NCBI GenBank assembly: GCA_007128005.1
Contig: SKYF01000042.1
Span: forward strand, 1-61,745
Reading direction: 5' to 3'
DNA: 61,745 nt
Origin: Bdellovibrionales bacterium
GTDB lineage: Bacteria; Bdellovibrionota; Bdellovibrionia; Bdellovibrionales; UBA1609
The notes under the pieces were generated by a model. That model was given only the letters and a program-made list of their open reading frames with translations. It did no database searches and was not told the DNA's origin. This document shows, piece by piece, positions 54,656 to 61,745 of the stretch (position 1 is its first letter; each line of letters starts with the position of its first letter). The position numbers and the translations under genes are program-made.

Positions 54656-54739
54656 ATGGAAGATTCCCACCAATACCAATGGACTGTGCTTATTTTCTCC
54701 CTCTTGGCTGTGTTCCTATTTTCTATGCTTGTGGTTTGA
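54656..54739 (+). CDS. Candidate small hydrophobic peptide (27 aa)
   Basis: The ATG lies 9 nt after GGAGGA. The sequence MEDSHQYQWTVLIFSLLAVFLFSMLVV contains one TM helix. It is too short to score statistically. Confidence 0.3.
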   Translation: MEDSHQYQWTVLIFSLLAVFLFSMLVV

Positions 54740-55013
54740 TATACAGTGGGCCCCAAAACCTGAACAGGTTGCTAAGAGAAAACCAGATCTTACTTGCCGG
54801 CTATAAAGATTCAGAATTAACAATTGGAGGCTAGTGTGTCGAAACAGAAGCTAAGAAAGTCATCAACAACACAAATATAGTTTAATGCATCTCCTTTACA
54901 CAGCCTAGTTCTCTTTATAAAAGCCTTTTTTTCTAATCCTTCCGGGCATAGCAGACGGGAAAGAAAGCCAATCAAATTACTTTAGTCGAGGCATAGATAC
55001 AGCTGATGTCCGA

Positions 55014-55556
55014 GTGAGCTTTGGCACTCCCACTGGAGGCACTTATTTAGCTGGGCTCTATGATATCGAAAGTGTCATGGGCGTCCATGTAGAAGGGAGC
55101 TATCGATTTCATGAACGTTTGACATCGGTCTTTGGTTTTGGCCTTATCCTTGCCTCGTGGGAGACTTCAGGAACAGTCAGCCTCATAGGAGGCGATTACA
55201 CCGGAAAACCTTCGGTTGCTCTGACTTTAGTCGAAATTCCTGTTGGTCTGCGATTAGACGTTCTCCAACAAGAGGATCTGAGGGCTTTCATTGAGATTGG
55301 ACTACAGGCCCAAACTCCTATACAAGCCGAGTACAAAGGCCTCTCCAAAGAGGACCTGGGAGCTTCCACAGGATTGAATGTGTCAACTTACTTTGCTGTA
55401 GGGGGAACATACTATTTTGGAAAAAACAATGGTCTTGGATTAAAGCTAAATTTGTCTATGCTTAACCTAACCGGCAAGATTCTAGAATATCAAAATCATT
55501 ACTATATTGAGTCCACGGCAAGTGTCTTTCAAGTTGGGTACAGTTATCGCTTCTAG
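55014..55556 (+). CDS. Small outer-membrane beta-barrel family protein, apparently 5'-disrupted (no intact signal peptide)
   Basis: Alternating-hydrophobic strands and the C-terminal VGYSYRF are typical of 8-10-strand OMPs. The same frame upstream reads MHLLYTA*FSL*KPFFLILPGIADGKE (ATG 54885, stops at 54906 and 54918). Confidence 0.45.
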   Translation: MSFGTPTGGTYLAGLYDIESVMGVHVEGSYRFHERLTSVFGFGLILASWETSGTVSLIGGDYTGKPSVALTLVEIPVGLRLDVLQQEDLRAFIEIGLQAQTPIQAEYKGLSKEDLGASTGLNVSTYFAVGGTYYFGKNNGLGLKLNLSMLNLTGKILEYQNHYYIESTASVFQVGYSYRF

Positions 55557-55716
55557 TTATAAGTCAGCGAGCTGACTGACCTCACCTGACCTCACCCCTT
55601 AATTCGGTCCATTGTGCGGCGTCTCCTCGACGCCGTAGTCGTCGAGCATCATCGAGTGGCCTATAATCCTATATTTTTATCTGATTATTGTTTATACAAG
55701 ACTCCAACTGCCCGTA

Positions 55717-55787
55717 ATCAGTGATCAGTGATCAGTGATCAGTGATCAGTGATCAGTGATCAGTGATCAGTGATCAGTGATCAGTGA
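55717..55787. repeat. Perfect tandem heptanucleotide array, (ATCAGTG)x10
   Basis: Ten exact 7-bp units plus one extra base. The array creates 9 GATC/TGATCA sites at 7-bp spacing and carries TGA in all six frames. It is intergenic. Confidence 0.97.
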
Positions 55788-56069
55788 GACATTATTGGAT
55801 CCGCTCGACAACAGCTAAATATTTTATGACTATCGACGTTAGGTGTTGACGGAATTTTTTGCGCTCCAGGATACTCTGTATGACTCGCAAAAAAGACTTT
55901 TCTTCGAAAAACAATCCCCGCCTTTAAAAAGCCCCATGAAGGGCCCTTTGTGTTGCTTATACGAAGTGGGAGTGGGTGACCTCGGCCTCTCACAAAAATC
56001 CCCTTAAAAAACCTGTGGTACAGTGGCTTTAAAAAATCAAACAGCCGTCAACAAATAGGAGAACTTCCC

Positions 56070-57260
56070 ATGCACCACCCACTCCCCAACAAACCAGAAG
56101 TCCTCAGTGATCACGACCTGCTCAGCCGCATGCGCCAGCTCGTTCAAAAAGAGCGAGAATTGCTCACCGAGATCCTTCATCACCTCAAGGAGGTGGAGCG
56201 TCGCAAGCTCTTCTCAGATCTGGGCTTTAAGAGCTTGTTTGACTATGCGGTCCGGGAGCTTGGCTATTCAGAGGGGCAGGCTGGGCGCAGGATTGCTGCC
56301 ATGAAGCTCCTGCGTGAGCTCCCACAACAAGAAGCCCAAGAGCTGGAGAGAAAAATTGAAAGCGGGGCCTTAAACCTCACCCATCTCTGCCAAGCCCAGA
56401 GTTTTTTCAATGAGGTGAAGAAGTCAGCACCAACAAAAACTTTCGATGTGGGAGAAAAACTTGAGGTTCTTAAAAGTTTGGAGCACAAGTCCTCACGGCA
56501 GGGGCAAGTCGCTCTGATAGAGAAGATGGAAGCAGTGGGGATTCAGGCTCCTGCACCCAAGGAGCAGGCAAAGATCTTGTCCTCAGAACAAACTGAGCTT
56601 CGACTGGTGCTCAGTCGAGAGCTTTTAGCTCAGCTCGAGGAGGTGCGAACACTCCTAGGACCAAAGGGCTTAGGGATGACTTGGGCCGAGCTCATTCAAG
56701 AAATGGCGACCTTGAGCCTCAGCTCGCTCATGGACAAAAAGTTCGGAAAAAGAAGAAATGGAAAGACCGCCACCCATTTTGATGTGAGCCGCCTGGACGC
56801 GATGGATCGAGATGCGGGAAGAATAGATCAAGATGGGGGAAGAGATGAAGAAGCCTTGAAGGATGGTACAAAGAGCTTGGCTGCTGATGAAGGAGCTTTG
56901 ACTACGGCGCCGTTTAAAGCGGGCGTCAAAATCAAAACTCAGCTGGAATCAGAGTCTAAACCAGATTGTCACATAGACCCCGGTCGAGAGCCTTGCTTTG
57001 AGCCTCGGCGAGTGCCTCAACCTGGGCCCAAGCCACGGTCGATTTCAAAGAGCAAGAGGTATCGGATTTGGAAGAGAGATGGTGGGGCTTGTGTGAAATG
57101 TGGGAGCAAAAAGGGCCTTCAGGTGGATCACATTGTTCCAGTGGCTCGCGGGGGAGGCTGTGAGGAGGAAAACCTTCGGCTCTTATGTGGGGGGTGCAAT
57201 CTGCGGGAGGGGATGAAGAGCTTTGGTTTGGAAAAAATGAAGAGAAACAAGTGGCCCTGA
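56070..57260 (+). CDS. HNH endonuclease domain protein (DUF222-like N-terminal region)
   Basis: C-terminal CVKCGSKKGLQVDHIVPVARGGGCEEENLRLLCGGCNLRE is an HNH motif with a Zn-finger Cys pair. The N-terminus is helical and the middle is an acidic low-complexity stretch. AGGAGAA lies upstream of the ATG. Confidence 0.8.
   Translation: MHHPLPNKPEVLSDHDLLSRMRQLVQKERELLTEILHHLKEVERRKLFSDLGFKSLFDYAVRELGYSEGQAGRRIAAMKLLRELPQQEAQELERKIESGALNLTHLCQAQSFFNEVKKSAPTKTFDVGEKLEVLKSLEHKSSRQGQVALIEKMEAVGIQAPAPKEQAKILSSEQTELRLVLSRELLAQLEEVRTLLGPKGLGMTWAELIQEMATLSLSSLMDKKFGKRRNGKTATHFDVSRLDAMDRDAGRIDQDGGRDEEALKDGTKSLAADEGALTTAPFKAGVKIKTQLESESKPDCHIDPGREPCFEPRRVPQPGPKPRSISKSKRYRIWKRDGGACVKCGSKKGLQVDHIVPVARGGGCEEENLRLLCGGCNLREGMKSFGLEKMKRNKWP
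57023..57067 (+). repeat. 45-bp direct repeat, copy A (inside the HNH gene)
   Basis: tgggcccaagccacggtcgatttcaaagagcaagaggtatcggat. It matches copy B at 42 of 45 positions. Confidence 0.9.
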
Positions 57261-57289
57261 AAGAAACAGCTAGGCCCAACAGAGCGAGG

Positions 57290-57334
57290 TGGGCCCAAAC
57301 CGCGGTCGATTTCAAAGGGCAAGAGGTATCGGAT
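57290..57334 (+). repeat. 45-bp direct repeat, copy B (downstream of the HNH gene stop)
   Basis: tgggcccaaaccgcggtcgatttcaaagggcaagaggtatcggat. It abuts the stop of the convergent gene at 57335. Confidence 0.9.
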
Positions 57335-58057
57335 CTACTGGGCCATGGCTGCGGCGACGGTTGAACCCTTCATCTCGGGCCAGAACCAGTTGAGCATGGG
57401 GTCGATATCAATGGACTCCAAAATCTGAACTTCGGCCAGTTCAAGCTCTGTGCCTTGGCGCTTTAAAAGAAGGTTTCCAGGCCCCACGTTCACAAAGCGC
57501 TTCACCCGACGCTCTTCAATCATTTTGACCACTAAGGTGGAAAAGTCGCGACCATCCGTCTTGACTTCGGCAAAGGTCTGACGACCGTCAACCTCCAGCC
57601 TTTCAAAGGCCGCAAACTTCACCAAAGAGATGCCGCTAAGAACAAGGGGGACATCGCCTTCACCCCTGTTGTCTGATGAAGATCTGTTCAACACTGCTGC
57701 TGAGTTTCGCACCATATCTTCAAAACTGTACAGCCCCACGGCCACAGCCAAAGCCGAATCCCCATTGATGGAACCCATCAAACATTCAGGAACCCCAAAG
57801 GAGCGCAGGTACCGATCATAGAGCCCTATTTGGACAACCGCAGAGATTAAACTTTTTAAGCGAATATTGTTGAGAAAGACCTCGTTGTCAGAGGCAATAA
57901 AGTTGCCCAGCTCCAAGCCCTGAGGGCAATCGACATCATCCCAAATCTTTTGGGCATCGCGAATCCTCTTGAGAACTTCGGGGATTCGCACCACGTTGCA
58001 GCGAATAGCCTCAAAATCAAGTGCATGAATCCCATTAAAGACAACTGCTCCCTTCAT
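57335..58057 (-). CDS. Hypothetical protein with a degenerate FabD-like (acyltransferase) pattern
   Basis: GAVVFNG (cf. FVFPGQG) and LMGSINGDSALAVAVG (cf. GHSLGEYSAL) suggest an acyltransferase fold with the GHSxG nucleophile not conserved. This is a weak call. Confidence 0.35.
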   Translation of the reverse strand: MKGAVVFNGIHALDFEAIRCNVVRIPEVLKRIRDAQKIWDDVDCPQGLELGNFIASDNEVFLNNIRLKSLISAVVQIGLYDRYLRSFGVPECLMGSINGDSALAVAVGLYSFEDMVRNSAAVLNRSSSDNRGEGDVPLVLSGISLVKFAAFERLEVDGRQTFAEVKTDGRDFSTLVVKMIEERRVKRFVNVGPGNLLLKRQGTELELAEVQILESIDIDPMLNWFWPEMKGSTVAAAMAQ

Positions 58058-58414
58058 ACTCCCCCCCTCTTTAAAGATTCTGACGGCAGAAACCTCAATG
58101 TCACCTGCCCCCCCCGGGACAGCAAACTCAGCCTCTTTGTACTTTTAGATTTTCACAGCCAGAGGCAACTGCAACAGGTAAAGTCGCTTTTGAAAAATTA
58201 ACAACCCATTTTGGGTCCTGGGCTGGGTTTTATTTCACAAATCTTCCCACTCCCTTACCCCTCACCTTGCTCTGCCTGAGCTCATCACCTCTAGACCTTA
58301 GTTGAGTCCTGAAGCCCTCTGAGTGATTATTTTCAAGCAAAAGTGCCGAAAATCATTGAATAAAGAGAAAATTTGCTGCGCTTCCCCTCCCCCCTTTGCT
58401 ACACTTGGCTCAAG

Positions 58415-59365
58415 ATGTCGTGGCTCAAAAGGTCTTCTTCTTCTCAAGGCTTTGGTAGCGGTTGGAACCAACAGCTTCTTCAAAGACTGCTCGGTGTAGC
58501 TCTTGTGCTGGTGGTGGCCTACGCCTTGGCCGATTTGATTCTGACCCAAATTCGCATCCAAATGCTCCCCCAGCAGGCTCCGCCAAGTGCACCCACCGCC
58601 TCTCCTCGCAGCCCCTCGACTCCCCTTGGCGATTACTCTTTGTTGGTTCGACAGAACTTCTTTCACTTTGGCCAGGACATCCCTCCTCCCCTGGCTGAGG
58701 AAAAAGCTCCCGACCCCTCAGTTGAAGCTGAGGCCATCTTGTCTCAACTACCCATCAAGCTCGAGGGAACCATTGTCCATGCCAACCCAAGTCGCTCCAT
58801 TGCCACGGTCAATGTGCGCAACAGCCTTAAGAAAAGCTATAGCGTCGGCAGTGATATTGAGGGCCTGGCTCGCTTGGAACGAGTGGAAAGACGCCGCATC
58901 ACCTTTCGCAACCTGGCCAACTCACGTTTAGAATATGTGGAGATTCCTGAAGACCAGAAGTTCTCTTTTGGACTGACCCAGCCGGCCCGCACTGCCCCTC
59001 AACAATCAGATCAAGTTGTGGAGCAAATTAGCTACAACCGCTTTAGTGTCAATAGAGCCGATGTCAACCGACTGACCTCAGACCTAGGCACTGTACTCAA
59101 CCAAGCTCGGATGGTGCCAAACATCATTCCAGGCTCTGGAGGCCAGATTGATGGATTTCGCTTTGTCTCCATACAGCCGGACAGCATCTACGAGGAGTTG
59201 GGTTTTAAGGTGGGCGATGTACTCAGAGGGGTCAACAATCAAATTGTCAACAGCCCCACTCAGGCCATGGAGCTATTTAATGCATTGAGAAATTCCAACC
59301 AGATCACCCTGATGATGGAAAGAGAAGGCCGCCAAGAGGAATTTTACTACACAATCAATGAGTAA
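58415..59365 (+). CDS. gspC: Type II secretion system protein C (TM anchor plus C-terminal PDZ domain)
   Basis: N-terminal TM LLGVALVLVVAYALADL. PDZ-like GFRFVSIQPDSIYEELGFKVGDVLRGVNNQIVNSPTQAMELF. Lies immediately upstream of gspD. The start is ATG 58415 or TTG 58373. Confidence 0.75.
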   Translation: MSWLKRSSSSQGFGSGWNQQLLQRLLGVALVLVVAYALADLILTQIRIQMLPQQAPPSAPTASPRSPSTPLGDYSLLVRQNFFHFGQDIPPPLAEEKAPDPSVEAEAILSQLPIKLEGTIVHANPSRSIATVNVRNSLKKSYSVGSDIEGLARLERVERRRITFRNLANSRLEYVEIPEDQKFSFGLTQPARTAPQQSDQVVEQISYNRFSVNRADVNRLTSDLGTVLNQARMVPNIIPGSGGQIDGFRFVSIQPDSIYEELGFKVGDVLRGVNNQIVNSPTQAMELFNALRNSNQITLMMEREGRQEEFYYTINE

Positions 59366-59386
59366 ACCAAGGAAGGTATACAAGCC

Positions 59387-61690
59387 ATGAAAATCCAGCA
59401 GCAGAATCCACAACAGGTTTTTTTATGCCTCTGTCTGAGCCTCTGTCTTAGCCTCTGCCTGGCTCTGTCTTTAGCGCCCGACCTCAGCTGGGCTCAACAA
59501 GCCGATTCAGGGATTGATGAGGACACTCGAAGACGCTTTGCCGCGGCCAATCCTGAAGACATCACCAACGAGAACTTTCCCGACCTTATTGAAAGCTTTG
59601 ACTATCCGGATGCAGAGATCGCCGATGTAGTGGCAGCGATCAGTCAACTGACCGGAAAGAACTTTATTATTGACCCTGCCGTGCGCGGACGGATCACCAT
59701 TCTGGCCCCAACTCAGATCACCGTGGCCGAGGCCTACCGGGCCTTTTTGTCGGCCCTGGCCATGGCAGGAGCCACAGTGGTTCCATCTGGCCAGTTTTTA
59801 AGAGTGGTCCGCATCCAGCAGATGGGGCAGCTCCCCTCAGAGATCTACACTGGTGAATACTTTCCCAATATGGACCAGCCCATCACCCGCATTGTAAAAC
59901 CTAGGTACATCAATGCTGAAGCCGTGGTTCAAGCCCTCAGAGCTCTTGGAACTGGCCCCCAAGGGGGCAGCCTTGTGGCCTACCCACCCACCAATTCGCT
60001 CATCATCTCGGACTTAGGCTCCAATGTGGAGCGCCTGATGCGTATTATTGCCGAAATCGATGTGCCTGGCTTTGAAGAACAGATGGAGGTGGTCCGAGTC
60101 AACTATGCAAGGGCCCGAGATCTGGCTGATATGATCAACCAGATTGTCACTAAAGCCGAGGCTCCCCAGCCCGGAGTCCCCCGCTTTCGCCGAGGACGCC
60201 CACAAGAGGGTCAGGCCCCCACCACCACAGGCACTGCGGAAAGCCTCTCGCTGGTGCTGCCTGATGAGCGGACCAACTCGCTGATCGTGGTGGGGAACCG
60301 CGCTGGAATCCAGCGCATTCGTCGCCTGGTCGAGCAGTTGGACTTTCGCATGCGCCCTGAAGATGCCGGTGGGGTCTACGTCTATTATGTGCGCCACAGT
60401 GAGGCTGAACAGCTGGCCAACACCCTGAGTGGCTTGGCTCAGGAGTCCGCCCGAGCTCAAGAGGAGCTCTCAGCCCCCACTCCCCGAGGGCGGCCCGCGC
60501 CCACTGGAGAAATGAGTGGCCCTGCGGCCCAAGCGATTTTTGGCGGCAATGTGAACTTCACCCACGACAAAAATACCAACAGCTTGATTATCACCGCCAG
60601 CCGTCAGGACTACGAAATTGTAAAGTCGATTCTGGAAAAAATTGATATCGCCCGAGACCAGGTCTTTGTTCAAGCAGTGATAATGGAGATGACTGCCATC
60701 AACAATCTCAACTGGGGGATTGATTATTACAGGTTTGAGCCGGACACCAATGGGATTGGCCGAATGGGCTTTAGGACCTCTAGAAATCTTGACTCTCTTT
60801 TGAATCCCGTGGGGGATGCGGGAGCAATTTTGGGCTTTGGAGGAGGAGATGATGTCAGCATTACCATCCCAGGTCTTGGCACCCAAACAGTTAAGAGCAT
60901 CAGTGGTTTTATCAACCTGCTGCAGACCCGAGGCGGGGCCAACATTCTCTCTACTCCCCAAGTTATGGCCCTGGACAATGAGGAGGCCGAGCTCGAAGTG
61001 GGGGAGAGAATTCCGGTGGGCCCCAGCAGCTCCACTGGCCCCAGCGGCATCACTCAAGGGGGCGTTCAGTTTGATGATGCCACTATCAAGTTGGTTGTCA
61101 CTCCTTTTATCAGTCCCGACACAGACTCGGTACAACTGCGCATTCAGCAGCAGGCCAACCAACCCTCCACTCAAAGGGTTCGAGCCAGCCAACTTGCCGA
61201 TCAGGCAGTGAGCATTGTTAAGCGCCAGATCAAGACTCAGATTGTGGTCAACAGCGGAGACACGGCGGTGCTGGGCGGTTTGATTCTGGATGAGGAGAAC
61301 GAGTCCATCACTAAGGTGCCTCTGCTCGGCGACATTCCCATTTTGGGCTGGCTGTTTAAGGGTCGCAGCCGCGAGGTGACCAAGAAAAACCTATTGGTCT
61401 TTATCACTCCCACAGTGATTCGCAGCTCACGCGACAGCCGAAATCTACTGACCCAAAAGCTCGACGAGCGCATTGAGTTTATCCAGCGCAACTTCTCAGG
61501 CCGTGACCCCTTTGGGGCTGCGGTGGAGCGCCTTCCCCGGGGCAGAGATGAGGCCCGTGGGCCGGAACCAACCCGGCCCCTGACTCCCGCCTTCGAGTTT
61601 CAGGAGGATTTTGACAGCCCCTTAATGGATGACTTTGGCCCCTTTCTCGAGGAGCCCTTTTTTGAAGAGCCCGCCGTGGAGAGCTTTTGA
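59387..61690 (+). CDS. gspD: Type II secretion system secretin
   Basis: Repeated N-domains (TNSLIISD, TNSLIVVG, TNSLIITA). Secretin core STPQVMALDNEEAELEVGERIPV and VPLLGDIPILGWLFK. Acidic C-terminal tail. Confidence 0.9.
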   Translation: MKIQQQNPQQVFLCLCLSLCLSLCLALSLAPDLSWAQQADSGIDEDTRRRFAAANPEDITNENFPDLIESFDYPDAEIADVVAAISQLTGKNFIIDPAVRGRITILAPTQITVAEAYRAFLSALAMAGATVVPSGQFLRVVRIQQMGQLPSEIYTGEYFPNMDQPITRIVKPRYINAEAVVQALRALGTGPQGGSLVAYPPTNSLIISDLGSNVERLMRIIAEIDVPGFEEQMEVVRVNYARARDLADMINQIVTKAEAPQPGVPRFRRGRPQEGQAPTTTGTAESLSLVLPDERTNSLIVVGNRAGIQRIRRLVEQLDFRMRPEDAGGVYVYYVRHSEAEQLANTLSGLAQESARAQEELSAPTPRGRPAPTGEMSGPAAQAIFGGNVNFTHDKNTNSLIITASRQDYEIVKSILEKIDIARDQVFVQAVIMEMTAINNLNWGIDYYRFEPDTNGIGRMGFRTSRNLDSLLNPVGDAGAILGFGGGDDVSITIPGLGTQTVKSISGFINLLQTRGGANILSTPQVMALDNEEAELEVGERIPVGPSSSTGPSGITQGGVQFDDATIKLVVTPFISPDTDSVQLRIQQQANQPSTQRVRASQLADQAVSIVKRQIKTQIVVNSGDTAVLGGLILDEENESITKVPLLGDIPILGWLFKGRSREVTKKNLLVFITPTVIRSSRDSRNLLTQKLDERIEFIQRNFSGRDPFGAAVERLPRGRDEARGPEPTRPLTPAFEFQEDFDSPLMDDFGPFLEEPFFEEPAVESF
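59427..59474 (+). repeat. About 4 tandem 12-nt units inside the gspD signal-peptide coding region
   Basis: gcctctgtctga / gcctctgtctta / gcctctgcctgg / ctctgtctttag, encoding LCLSLCLSLCLALSL. Confidence 0.85.
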
Positions 61691-61745
61691 TGTCAAGCCC
61701 TACTTTTGACTCGCTCATTTTAAAGAGCACTTCGCTCACTGAGCA
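61690..61745 (+). CDS. 5' end of the next T2SS gene (probably the gspE ATPase), truncated by the window
   Basis: The ATG overlaps the gspD stop (TGATG) and the frame is open to the window end (MSSPTFDSLILKSTSLTE). Identity is inferred from the usual gspCDE order only. Confidence 0.35.
   Translation, partial: MSSPTFDSLILKSTSLTE

Noticed and set aside
55717-55787. The heptamer array as a CRISPR array or as coding repeats. The ORF-track entry 55781-55993 (-) runs into it.
   Set aside because: Units are contiguous 7-mers with no spacers, so it is not CRISPR. TGA occurs in all six frames, so the array cannot be translated. The minus-strand ORF simply terminates at the first repeat and has no start context.

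Overview
This 61.7-kb window is a chromosomal segment of about 53% GC from a Gram-negative bacterium. The gene content (mevalonate pathway, Alternative Complex III, system II cytochrome c maturation, type II secretion, many secreted proteins of unknown function) would fit a Bdellovibrionota or delta-proteobacterium-like lineage. That taxonomic call is inference only, since I ran no homology search. Almost all of 0.5-45 kb is coded on the minus strand. Recognisable blocks, in order: (1) a five-gene mevalonate operon (fni, mvaA, PMK, mvaD, mvk) directly downstream of thrS-infC-[inserted gene]-rpmI-rplT. (2) actABCDEF (Alternative Complex III) preceded by ccsB-ccsA. (3) Small-molecule genes (N-formylglutamate amidohydrolase, PduO adenosyltransferase, FAH-family, DUF2237), mixed with a run of secreted or lipoprotein ORFs with no recognisable family and a divergent GH13 debranching-enzyme-like protein. 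(4) A lower-GC AbiEii/AbiEi toxin-antitoxin islet. (5) An ancient tandem duplication of an uncharacterised two-gene module: a beta-barrel-like outer-membrane protein plus a ~790-aa lipoprotein with an EF-hand. (6) nrdAB, lgt, an orphan histidine kinase, maf, an HD-GYP protein and ppiC. (7) An accessory-looking AT-rich patch holding a 127-nt extended hairpin, a tiny hydrophobic ORF, a 5'-disrupted beta-barrel gene, a 10-copy heptamer array and an HNH nuclease gene bracketed by 45-bp direct repeats. (8) The start of a type II secretion operon (gspC, gspD, first codons of gspE). The best candidate for an undescribed system is the duplicated barrel/EF-hand-lipoprotein module at 35.6-43.3 kb. Both copies keep the same 11-nt start/stop overlap. 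Other points worth a second look are the 2-kb beta-helix gene inserted in the normally contiguous infC-rpmI-rplT operon, a dispersed TTTCGCGCCAGTCAC palindromic motif family, and the heptamer/GATC array. I found no rRNA, tRNA or CRISPR. All family calls rest on motifs I read in the translations.
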